A DNA stretch of 64,000 nt. Origin: an uncultured delta proteobacterium (lineage in GTDB: Bacteria > Myxococcota_A > Polyangia > Polyangiales > Polyangiaceae). The position numbers and the translations under genes were made by a program. The DNA lies in assembly GCA_963716725.1 (NCBI GenBank), contig CAVQUB010000021.1, forward strand, positions 192,001 to 256,000, read 5' to 3'. The notes under the pieces are model-generated. The model was not told the DNA's origin and ran no database searches. It saw nothing but the letters and a program-made list of their open reading frames with translations. Below are positions 10,434-20,253 of this stretch, one piece after another; position 1 is the first letter of the stretch, and every line of letters starts with the position of its first letter.

Positions 10434-11501
10434 ATGACCGCTCGACCAGCGTTGGCTCTGTTGCTCGTCCTCGGAGCTGCCGGGTGCGACGACAAGAACC
10501 AGGCGGCGCCCAAGCCCGAGGTGCCCGCCTCCGCGGCGCCCAGCTCCACCGTCGCTCCGGAAGACGCTCCGCCGGGGCCCTGTGCGGCCACCGGCACGGA
10601 CTCCGCCAAGCTCGGCACGGTCAACGGCCACGTGAACGGCCTGGCGCTCGACGCAACGCATCTCTACTACTCGAGCTGGCAGACGCTGGGGGGACGCGGG
10701 GATCTGGCCAAGGCACGCAAAGACGGCCGCGGCACCGCCAACCTGACCTCACTGTCCCTCGAGCCCCGCGGGCTAGTCGTCGACGCCGCGGCGGTGTTCT
10801 ACACGACCGGGATCCGACTGATGCGTATCTCGAAGGAAGGTGGCGAAACCAGCATGCTCGCCGAGACCTTCTCGTCGCAGGCGATCACCAGTGACGGAAC
10901 CTATGTGTACGGTGTGCCCGGCGACTACGGGCCCTACGACCGCTTGATTCGGGCCGAGAAGAGCAGCGGCACCACCAAAGAGCTCGACGTCGCGGAACGC
11001 CCGGAAACCAAGCTCGGCCCTGCCGGCTTCTCCGCCGTCGCCGTCGATGCTCGAGGCATCTACGTGACGGACTCGAGCTCGAATCGAGTGTTGCGCTTTG
11101 GGCTCGACCGCGGCAAGCCGAAAGCCCTGGCGACGGGGCAAGACAAGCCCTTCGACCTGAGCATCGATGATACGAGCGTGTACTTCACGCTGGCGCAGAA
11201 GGGCCAGCTGATGAAGGTGTCCAAGACCGGCGGCGCCGTCACCAAGATTGCGTCCGGGCTGGCACCGAGCGCGCGCATCGCCGCCGACGCCAAGGGCATC
11301 GTCACCACGGCCGCTGCGGTCGGTTCGGATGGGACGGAGATGCTGGTGTTCATGGGCAGCGACGGTTCGTCGCCCACTCCCCTCGCCTCGATCGCGCGCA
11401 ACCACAGCGCGGATGCCGTCGCGTTGGACGAGAAGTGTGTGTACTGGGCGTCGTACAACCCGGATACACGCAAAGCCACGCTGTACTCGCGAGCGCGGTA
11501 G
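10434..11501 (+). CDS. Beta-propeller lipoprotein
   Basis: Lipobox AAGC, repeated LALDxxxLYY / AVDxxGIYV / IDDTSVYF blades. Confidence 0.8.
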   Translation: MTARPALALLLVLGAAGCDDKNQAAPKPEVPASAAPSSTVAPEDAPPGPCAATGTDSAKLGTVNGHVNGLALDATHLYYSSWQTLGGRGDLAKARKDGRGTANLTSLSLEPRGLVVDAAAVFYTTGIRLMRISKEGGETSMLAETFSSQAITSDGTYVYGVPGDYGPYDRLIRAEKSSGTTKELDVAERPETKLGPAGFSAVAVDARGIYVTDSSSNRVLRFGLDRGKPKALATGQDKPFDLSIDDTSVYFTLAQKGQLMKVSKTGGAVTKIASGLAPSARIAADAKGIVTTAAAVGSDGTEMLVFMGSDGSSPTPLASIARNHSADAVALDEKCVYWASYNPDTRKATLYSRAR

Positions 11502-11572
11502 CAGATCGCAACAGCGTCGCAGAATTCGCTGCTGCTTTCGGCTGCCCCGGAAGCTTGCGGCCAAACTTCGCG

Positions 11573-11588
11573 CGGTTCGAGCCTTGCA
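11573..11588 (+). promoter_or_regulatory. Probable sigma54 promoter
   Basis: CGGTTCGAGCCTTGCA (GG-N10-GC with TTGCA). TCGCA direct repeats at 11506-11521 may be an enhancer. Confidence 0.5.
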
Positions 11589-11613
11589 TGTCTCCATGAA
11601 CAGGAGACGTCAG

Positions 11614-11868
11614 ATGAACCAGACAGAGACCAAAAAGGGTCGGTGGCTCGACATCGTGATGCTCTCGGCGGCTGGAGTGATGCTCTTTCCGGTCGTCGTG
11701 CTCGCATTGGCCCCGGTCCTATTCACCTTCATGGTGCTATGGCCGGTCCTGATGCTGCCGGTGCTGGCAGTGTCCCAGTCTCTCCCGGTGGGAGAAGACC
11801 GCCGCCGCAAGCCGCGCAGGCGGTCCGTGGGGCTCTTGCCAACGCGACAGCTGCCACAAGCCGCCTGA
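11614..11868 (+). CDS. Small membrane protein
   Basis: AGGAGA RBS, 84 aa with a long hydrophobic core. Confidence 0.6.
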   Translation: MNQTETKKGRWLDIVMLSAAGVMLFPVVVLALAPVLFTFMVLWPVLMLPVLAVSQSLPVGEDRRRKPRRRSVGLLPTRQLPQAA

Positions 11869-11931
11869 ATCACGGGAGCCCACTGCCGCCCGCCGGACGC
11901 ACGGAGCGTCGGCGCGCGGCCGGATTTCCCC

Positions 11932-14900
11932 TCACTCCGCCGGCATCGCGCAGGCGGTCGGACCCACGTTTGCGCGGCCGTCGGGGCGGATCACTCGGAG
12001 CCGCACCTTCTTCTGCGCGGGATCCGGGGCAAGCCCCTGCTTCCGGCGCCGGGTGCTGTCCAGCACCTCGTAAGCAAAACTGTCGAGCACCGCGGGGTCC
12101 ACCGGGTCGCCGTTGACCGGAATGGTCATCGACGGCAGCCCCTCGCGCTCGGACACGTGGAAGAACTGCGCCTCGGCGATCTTGTTGGGCATGCACTCCA
12201 GGGGACCGACGCTGATGACACCGTCGATGATCCCGTGGTGCCACTCGTGCACGGGTCCGCCGACGGTGAGCACGGCCTCGCCGTTCAGATCCTCTCGGAC
12301 GTAGGGCTTGGCCGCGGCGATGGTCTCGCGGACGCGGGTCCGCTCCGGCCAGTCCAAGATCCCGGCCACCAGGCCGTAGGTGGTGTCGAGAATGCGGTCC
12401 TGCACCCACGAGGAAAGCCGCGCCGCGAGCCCGACCTTCTCGCCATTGAGCGTGTGCACGTAGTCCGTGTACTCGAGCCACTCCGAGAATGGCGCGAAGC
12501 GCACCCGGAGCCCACGCTGCTCCAGCTTCTCGATCACGAAGTCGTTCGCGAAGGGATCGCAGCGCACGTAGATCTCGCCCACCATCAGCACCGTGGGCAA
12601 CTCGCGGTCGGTCTTGACTCGACGCAACTCCGCGGCGGCGCGAGCCAGAGATCGCGGCGCAGCCGAAGAGCTTGCCCGTGGTCACCTGCCAAAGCGCGGC
12701 GGCAATGCTGAGATCGCCACGGCCCGCGCGCTCCAGTTGGTCGAGCAACTCGCGCTGGTAGCGCACGAAGATTGCGTTCGCGCTCCCGGGCTCCGACTCC
12801 ACTGGCCGCGCGTCGTAGAGCGCGGCCTCGAGCATGTCGTGGGCCGCGAAGCCCACCATCACCAGCGCCGAAAAGCCGGCCGGAATTCCGTCGAAGTAGT
12901 CCTTGTCTCGCGGCGACCAGATCCGGACCCGGTCCGCTTGGCCCAGGCGCTCGAGCACCATCCGGTGCAGCATGTTGTAGACGCCGAATCGACACGGGCC
13001 GTCGGCGGTTGGCATGAAGAAGGCGAAGCGCTGCTCGGGGTTCGGCTCTTGCTCCACCCGCTGGAGCAGGCTGCCCAGCGTGATGGTCATGGGCACGCAC
13101 TCCTTGCCCGAGGTGTGTCGACGACCGACGCGGAGCGCCTCGCGATCCGGGACCGGCAAGACCTCCGCCTCGAAGCCGACTCCGCGCAGGCACGCGGCCA
13201 TGGCCTCGGCGCCTTCGCCCATGCGCGGCACGAGCAGTCGCTCACCACGCTGACGGATGACCCCGAGGGGGCTGGTCTGGCGATCGATGTTGGTGAGGTC
13301 GCTCTGGACCCGGTCGACGTCCACGCGCGCCAGATCTTCACGCACGCAGTGCAAGAACGCCTCGATGCGGGTCTTGGTGCCGGCGTCGCCCGAGTGCCCG
13401 TCGGTCTCGATCACGGCGAAGGGTCTGCCCGCCATCACGTAGCTGAAGAAGTGCAGGTTGAAGCTGTCGGGGCCGCAGGAGTAGTTACTGCACCAGATGG
13501 AGTACAGGCCGGGCGTGCGACGGATCTGGTGCGCTGCGCGCAGGTTCTTCTGTCCGTGGCCCCAGTACACGCCTTCGAAGGTCGGCACATCGTCCGAGAC
13601 CTCGTAGCAGTCGACGGGAATGCCAATGGCGCCTTGCTCGCGCAGGAGCGGCGGCACGTTGGAGTTGAGCACCGAGTTGTAGATCGTGTACGGCCGCCCC
13701 AGCACCACCACCGGGATCACGTCGTGCTCACGGCAGAAGTCCAGAGCTCGCTCGCCGATAGCCAGGCAAGCTTGCGTCGAAGCTCGCTTGTTCGCGCTTG
13801 GCCTTCTGGTAGGCGCCGAGCCAGGCGAGCCCGTTCACTCCCAGGGACTCGGCCAGGCGCTGGCAGCTGCGCAGGAACTCCTTCGATGCGTAGCCCTCCG
13901 CGCCGAAATCGATGACCGGCGAAAGCAGGCGCGCACCGCGCTCGTTGCCGAGATCCAAGCGCATCACGTCGGGCGACGCCTGCACCATCGGGCAGCCACC
14001 GAGCTCGACTCGCCTGCTACCCGCGGCATATCGCGCAGCATGGGCGCAAAGATGAAGCGCGTATCGCTGTCGGCCATGCTCGAGACCAGGCCGTGATAGA
14101 GCTGCATCGGCGCGCAGAACGGCACGTTGGCCTCTTCGATGCCGCGCTTGAGCGTCTTGCCTCCGGCACCCTTTTCGTAGACGACGTCGAAGCCGAGCTC
14201 GTACAGGAAGGTGGCGAAGAAGGGGAACAGCCCCTTGAGCTGGAACTCGTCGGTGACGGAGATCTTGTCGCGTCCGCGGGCCACGGTCACGCGCCCGACG
14301 AGGGCCTCGATCAGCGCCTCGCGCTCGCGGAAGGGATCCGGCGCGAGATCCGGCAGCTTCTTCTTGCCCGTGCCCTTGTCCCAGAGCGAGCAGCCGCCGC
14401 CCCAGGTGAACTTGCCGGGTTTTTCCTCGACCAGAGTGCCTACGCGGTCGATGCGGCACTTGTTGCCCGGCTCGCCGCAGCCCTTCTTGCTCTCGCAGAC
14501 GAAGGTGTCTCGGCGCACGACCTGAGCCGAGAGCAGGCGCGCGGGATCCATACCGCCGGTGACGGCGGCGCCCACGGCCTTGCGCGTCAAGCAGCGCGAT
14601 CCCGAGGGCGCCAACGGTGCCGGGGTTCGGCGGCACGATCACCCGGCTGCCCGTCTCGCGAGCCACGGCCGCGGCCAGGGCGTCCGACGCGAAGGGCATG
14701 CCCTGGCAGAAGACCACTTGCCCGACGCGAGCGCGCGCCCTTCACGCGGTTCAGGTAGTTCTGGATCATCGAGTCGTAGATGCCCGCGATGACCAAGCCG
14801 GTGCTGACGCCGGCGGCCACGGCCTCGTCGATGATCTCGGCCATGAACACCGAGCAGTGCTGGCCGAGCGAGACGCCGCCTTCGGCCTGAAGCGCTGCTT

Positions 14901-16319
14901 CGCCGAGCTGGACGACGCTGTCGATGCCGCCGATCTTCTTGCCCTGCTCCTCGATGAACGAGCCGGTCCCGGCGCTGCACGCCTCGTTCATCGCGGCGTC
15001 GACGACGCGCCCCTCGGAGAGCCGGATGTACTTGGCGTCCTGCCCGCCGATCTCGAAGATGGTGTCGACGCTCGAGTCGTAGAACAGCGCTCCCTCGGCG
15101 TGCGCCGCGATCTCGTTCAGCACGTACACGCGCTCGATGCCGTAGCAGCTCGAGAGCAGCGATCCGACGATCTCGCGACCGCTGCCGGTCGCGCCGAAGG
15201 CGACCAGGTCCTGGTTACCGGCGACCGACTCGCTGAGCATCCGCATCAGCTGCTGGGCCGCGCCCACGGGATCGCCGTTGGTGTTGATGTAGCCCTCCCA
15301 CACGACCTCGCGTCGCTCGACGATCGACGGCCACGACCTTCGAGCCCGTCGAGCCGATGTCGAAGCCGACGATGACCTCCCGCCGCTCGACGAACTCGGT
15401 CGGGTAGCGCCGGCCGCGTCATGCGATTGACGCTCGAGAGCTGGCTGGCCAGGGCCGGCACGCGGTCGAGGTGCGCGTGGTGCGCTGGTGCGAGGAGCCG
15501 GTCCAGGGTCGGCACCCGGCTGGGGCGCTCGGCCGCGACCAACGCTGCGCCGAGCGCGTCGAGCGTAGAGGCGATCGTCGCCGGCGGTTTCGAGCAGGTT
15601 CATGCCGTGTCGCTCGGGCGAAGCTGCCGAAGTGTTCGTGCACACGTCGGGCGCGGGCGACTCCACCGATGAGCAGCACGTCTTTGGGCGACACGCTCGG
15701 CTTGATCAGGACCTGCACGTTCTCGCAGACGGCGTCGAACAGACCGGCGAGGATGCGCTCCCGCGGCTCGCCCTTGTTCGCCAGGTGCGTCATGTCCGTC
15801 TTGAGGATCACGGGACAGCGACCCGAGAGCAGCGCCGGCGTGGTGCGTGCGCTCGGCCATCTCGCTGGCCTTTTCGATGTCGAGGTCGAAGCGCTCGACC
15901 AGCTGCCGGAGGAAGTTGCCGGTGCCCTGCGAGCAGCGGGAGTTCTCCCGGAACACCTCGACCCCGCTCGCCCGAAGCTCGAGCACCGAGAAGCCGTGAG
16001 CACCGATGCTCACGATGGTGGCCTCGCGGTCACCGACCAAGAAGCGCGAGCCCGCAGCCTGCGCCTGCTTGGTCGGAACGCTCGGCAATGACAGGACTCG
16101 ACTCGCGCGCCCGACCACGCTCGCCCCGGACAGATCGTCCCATCCGAAGTCGGCGAGCGCCGCGCGTACGGCAGGGCCCGGCTCCTTCTGGTGTTCGACG
16201 ATCCGCCGCCGGGTCCAGACGAGCCCGTCGCCCTCGCGGGCCAGCTCCACGACCTTCACCGTTTCCGCGCCGACGTCGATACCGACGAAGCGCGCACCCC
16301 GAAGTCTGCGCTCTCCCAT
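11932..16319 (-). CDS. Fused 2-hydroxyacyl-CoA dehydratase activase (two BadF/BcrAD-type ATPase domains, DUF2229-like and dehydratase-like regions); about 10 frameshifts
   Basis: GIDVGAETVK, ENSRCSQGTG, LSGRCPV, GFDIGSTGSK, EIGGQDAK, MNEACSAGTGSFIEEQG, YSCGPDSF, SGKECVP, GPCRFG and VGEIYVR occur in order across shifting frames. Confidence 0.8.
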
Positions 16320-16342
16320 GATCCGCGCAGCGTAACCCCATT

Positions 16343-16389
16343 CACTGACACTGGCGTCAGTGCCACCCGGAGCACTTGACGGGCGTCAT
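16343..16389. promoter_or_regulatory. Palindromic operator sites upstream of the CoA-activase gene
   Basis: Perfect CACTGAC-N6-GTCAGTG (16343-16362) and TTGAC-N4-GTCAT (16376-16389). Confidence 0.55.
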
Positions 16390-16492
16390 TTGACCCACGA
16401 GGTTCCGGTCATTTCGGCGCTCACTTTTGTGCGCCGTGTCGTCACGATTCCGGACCAGAGAACGCCGCTGTCAGGCGCGGTCGCCGCCGGCT

Positions 16493-17464
16493 TCAGTCCG
16501 CAGCGCCCTTGAAGGTCGCGATGACCGCCGACGTCCCGCGGGTCGGAACGTCGTGTTGCCATGTGTGACTGGCGAGCCCGGTCGCGCTGAGCACCCGGCT
16601 GACCATTGAGTGCGGGTGCACGTTTTGGTTGATGTGGTGCTGGGTCCAGCCCGCTTCGGGAGCGATGCTCGCGTAGCCATCCGGATCGGTGGTGCGATCG
16701 GTGAGAACCGCCACTGCCAACTCGTTGGCCTGCAGCGTGGGGCTGTCGACAGTCACCTTCGTGGACGTCGTGTTCATGACGCCCGTGCTGCCCGATTGAT
16801 CCAGGCTCGGCGCTGCAGCGAGGCCCGCGACCTCGATGGCGCCCCAGATCACCTGCTGGTTGCTCGCCGTCCCGACGCCATTGGGATCGACCATGATCGT
16901 GAGCACGCCGGCGGGAACGCCGATGTTCTCTGCAATGAAGAGGTGCGGCCTGGATCCGTGCGTGCCGCTCGACGTCACCGAGGTCCCGAGCTTCACGCGG
17001 ACGTAGTTGTTGCCGTGGGTGTCGGTAACGCCGTTCTCCGGAACGGTACAGTTGTCGACCTCGCTGAAGCAGGTGACACCGACGATGATCGCGTTGCCCG
17101 CGGTGGGTGCCTTGCCAAACTTCAGAGTGGGAATGTCGACGGTGTTGTCGGCGAGTACCGTCTCGGTGGATTGCACGACGCCAATCGCCGACGCCGCTCC
17201 GCCCGTCCCACCGCCGCCGCCTGTACCGCCGCCCGCGCCGCCCGCGCCGCTGGCTCCCCCACCCGACTGCGCGCCGCCCGCGCCGCTGGCTCCCCCGCCC
17301 GACTGCGCGCCGCCCGCGCCGCCGCCCGACTGGGCGCCGCCCGCGCCGCTGGCTCCCCCGCTCCCGGACGCGCCACCGCTACCGCTCGACCCGAATTCGT
17401 CGCCGCCGCAGGCGACGCACGAGAGAGCCAAGCCCACGAACCACGCACCGCGCCAGGACACCAC
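16493..17464 (-). CDS. Gly-rich lipoprotein with a beta-rich C-terminal domain
   Basis: Lipobox CVAC, GAQSGGG repeats, PTAGNAIIV and NELAVAV strands. Confidence 0.75.
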   Translation of the reverse strand: MVSWRGAWFVGLALSCVACGGDEFGSSGSGGASGSGGASGAGGAQSGGGAGGAQSGGGASGAGGAQSGGGASGAGGAGGGTGGGGGTGGAASAIGVVQSTETVLADNTVDIPTLKFGKAPTAGNAIIVGVTCFSEVDNCTVPENGVTDTHGNNYVRVKLGTSVTSSGTHGSRPHLFIAENIGVPAGVLTIMVDPNGVGTASNQQVIWGAIEVAGLAAAPSLDQSGSTGVMNTTSTKVTVDSPTLQANELAVAVLTDRTTDPDGYASIAPEAGWTQHHINQNVHPHSMVSRVLSATGLASHTWQHDVPTRGTSAVIATFKGAAD

Positions 17465-17582
17465 GGCAGCATAGCAGAAGGTCATGCTCGGTTCGAGATC
17501 CCCGGCCATGCGGGCACCCGCAGCAGCGGATAACGGAGGCGGCGCTTGACCGCCCGCGGTTCGGAGGGGATTGAAGGAAGAA

Positions 17583-20129
17583 ATGGCAGGCTTCGACCTT
17601 CGCAGCGAGCGCGGCCTCTCCGAACGCGAGGCCGCGGCGCGACTCGCAACCGACGGTCCGAACGAGCTGCCGTCCGACCGGGAGCACAGCGTCGTGATGG
17701 CTCTGGTGGCGGTGCTCAAAGAGCCGATGCTGCTCTTGCTGCTGGGCGCAGGAACCCTCTACCTGCTGCTGGGTGACGTGCGCGAAGCGCTCACGCTGCT
17801 CACGTTCGTGCTGGTCATCATCGCGATCACGTTCCACCAAGAGCGCAAGACCGAGCGAGCGCTGGCGGCGCTCCGTGATCTGTCGAGCCCCCGCGCGTCC
17901 GTGATCCGCGACGGCGTGAAGAAGCGCATCGCGGGTCGCGACGTCGTGCGAGGCGACGTGATGGTGCTCGCCGAGGGGGATCGCGTGCCGGCAGACGCCT
18001 TCGTACTCGATGCGCTGAGCCTCAGCGTGGACGAGTCCTTGCTCACCGGCGAGTCGGTCCCGGTACGCAAGGCCGCCGCGGCGTCGGTCCCGACCGAGCC
18101 CCCTCGGCCGGGCGGTGACGACCTGCCCTTCGTCTTCAGCGGCACGCTGGTCGTGCGGGGACAAGGCGTGGCGCGGGTCAGCGCTACTGGCTCGGCCAGC
18201 GAACTGGGCAAGATCGGCGCGTCACTCTCGAAGCTCGAGAACGAGCGCAGCCCCCTCGAGCAGGAGGTTTCTCGGGTGGTGAAGCGCATCGCCTTCGGAG
18301 GCGTCGGCCTGTGCCTGCTGCTGCTCGTCGTCTACGGTCTCACCCGCGGCGACTGGTTGCGGGGCCTGTTGGCGGGGCTCGCTCTGGCAATGGCGGTGTT
18401 GCCAGAAGAAATCCCGGTGGTCCTCACCGTGTTCATGGCCCTCGGCGCGTGGCGCATGTCCAAGCGCAACGTGCTCACGCGGCGGGTGGCCGCGGTGGAA
18501 CTGCTCGGGGCGGCCACCGTGCTGTGCACTGACAAGACCGGGACCTTGACGCTCAACCGCATGACAATCTCGGAGCTGTGGACGCCGACTGGCTCCCACG
18601 TCGTGAATGCCGGCAGCCTGCCCGAAGCGGTTCACGAGGTCGTCGAGTTCGGCATCTTGGCCAGCCAGCGCAATCCTTTCGACCCGATGGAGATCGCCTT
18701 CCACGAACTCGGCAGGCTCGAGCTCACGGGGACCGAACACCTGCACGACAGCTGGGAGCTGGTGCGGGAGTACCCGCTGTCCCCGGCGCTCCTGAGCGTG
18801 TCTCACGTCTGGCGAGCTCGCTCGGGCCCGCGCAGGGTCATCGCCGCCAAGGGCGCACCTGAAGCCATCGTGGACCTCTGCCACTTGCCCGCAGCTGAAG
18901 CGAGAGTCGTTCAGGCACAGGTGATGGCGCTCGCGGGACGGGGCTTGCGTGTGCTGGCCGTGGCACGCGCGTACTTCGAGGGCGGAGAGTTGCCGGCGGA
19001 GCAGCACGACTACGACTTCACGCTGGTGGGACTGGTCGGGCTGCGAGATCCGCTGCGCGAGACGGTGCCTGCGGCCGTTCGGGAGTGCAAAGCGGCGGGG
19101 ATTTCGGTGGTGATGATCACCGGCGACTATCCCGAGACCGCCCGCGTCATTGCCACAGAAGCCGGCCTTCCAGCCTCCGGTGGGCTGCTCACCGGAGCCG
19201 ACTTGGACTCGCTCACGGAAGCAGAGCTCGGGCAGCGCCTTCGCAGCACCACCATCTTCGCTCGGACAGTCCCGGAGCAGAAGTTGCGCCTGGTGCAGGC
19301 GCTGAAGGCGAACGGCGAGATCGTCGCGATGACCGGCGACGGCGTGAACGACGCGCCGTCGCTCAAGGCCGCGCACATCGGCGTCGCGATGGGTGGACGC
19401 GGCACCGACGTCGCGCGAGAAGCCTCGTCGCTCGTGCTGACGGATGACGACTTTTCGTCCATTGTCGCGGCCGTGCGCCTGGGACGGCGCATCTTCGCCA
19501 ACCTGCGCAAGGCGATGGCCTACATCATTGCGATTCACGTCCCCATCGCTGGCATGTCGCTCGTGCCCGTTCTGCTGGGGTGGCCCCTCGCCCTCCACCC
19601 GGTGCACATCGTCTTCCTCGAGCTCGTGATCGACCCCGCGTGCTCCATCGCGTTCGAAGCGGAGCGCGAGGACGAGGACGTGATGCGCCGCCCGCCGCGA
19701 CCCGCCAGTGCGCGTCTCTTCGATCGCCGGCTGGTGGGGATGGCGGTGCTTCAGGGCATCTGCCTGCTCGCCGCTGCCCTGTTTGTCTTCGGGTACGCGC
19801 TCGCCAACGGCGCCGCCGACCCCGAGGCGCGCGCGCTCGCGTTCACCACCCTCGTCGGCGGCAACCTCGCGTTGATCGCGACCAATCGTTCGTGGACCCG
19901 GTCGGTGTTGGGCAACCTGCGCACGCCGAACTGGCCGGCCCGGCTGATTCTGCTCGGCGCTTTGGGCGTGCTGGCCATCGCGCTCTACGCAGCTCCGGCG
20001 CGCTCGCTCTTCCACTTCGCGACGCCGCCGCCGGGGCAGGTCGCCCTCGCCCTGGGGGCTGGGGCGCTCTGCCTGGTTTGGTTCGAGCTGCTCAAGTTCG
20101 CTGCGCCGAGTCTGCTGCGTCCCCGCTAG
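17583..20129 (+). CDS. Cation-transporting P-type ATPase (type II)
   Basis: LTGES, PEE, DKTGTLT, KGAPE, MITGD, MTGDGVNDAP. Confidence 0.95.
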   Translation: MAGFDLRSERGLSEREAAARLATDGPNELPSDREHSVVMALVAVLKEPMLLLLLGAGTLYLLLGDVREALTLLTFVLVIIAITFHQERKTERALAALRDLSSPRASVIRDGVKKRIAGRDVVRGDVMVLAEGDRVPADAFVLDALSLSVDESLLTGESVPVRKAAAASVPTEPPRPGGDDLPFVFSGTLVVRGQGVARVSATGSASELGKIGASLSKLENERSPLEQEVSRVVKRIAFGGVGLCLLLLVVYGLTRGDWLRGLLAGLALAMAVLPEEIPVVLTVFMALGAWRMSKRNVLTRRVAAVELLGAATVLCTDKTGTLTLNRMTISELWTPTGSHVVNAGSLPEAVHEVVEFGILASQRNPFDPMEIAFHELGRLELTGTEHLHDSWELVREYPLSPALLSVSHVWRARSGPRRVIAAKGAPEAIVDLCHLPAAEARVVQAQVMALAGRGLRVLAVARAYFEGGELPAEQHDYDFTLVGLVGLRDPLRETVPAAVRECKAAGISVVMITGDYPETARVIATEAGLPASGGLLTGADLDSLTEAELGQRLRSTTIFARTVPEQKLRLVQALKANGEIVAMTGDGVNDAPSLKAAHIGVAMGGRGTDVAREASSLVLTDDDFSSIVAAVRLGRRIFANLRKAMAYIIAIHVPIAGMSLVPVLLGWPLALHPVHIVFLELVIDPACSIAFEAEREDEDVMRRPPRPASARLFDRRLVGMAVLQGICLLAAALFVFGYALANGAADPEARALAFTTLVGGNLALIATNRSWTRSVLGNLRTPNWPARLILLGALGVLAIALYAAPARSLFHFATPPPGQVALALGAGALCLVWFELLKFAAPSLLRPR

Positions 20130-20197
20130 GGACCCGGCAAACACGGCTTTTTTCGGGAGTTCCCGAGGCAAGTAAGATTCCTCTTGCGGGTGCGCTT

Positions 20198-20218
20198 ATG
20201 TAGGTGTACCCACTACAT
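20198..20218. promoter_or_regulatory. Inverted repeat ATGTAG-N9-CTACAT upstream of the 20254 operon
   Basis: Lies in an AT-richer intergenic stretch. GCAAG-N10-CTTGC at 20168-20187 is also present. Confidence 0.35.
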
Positions 20219-20253
20219 CAGGTTACAGCCACCGCAGAGAAGAGGACGACGAC

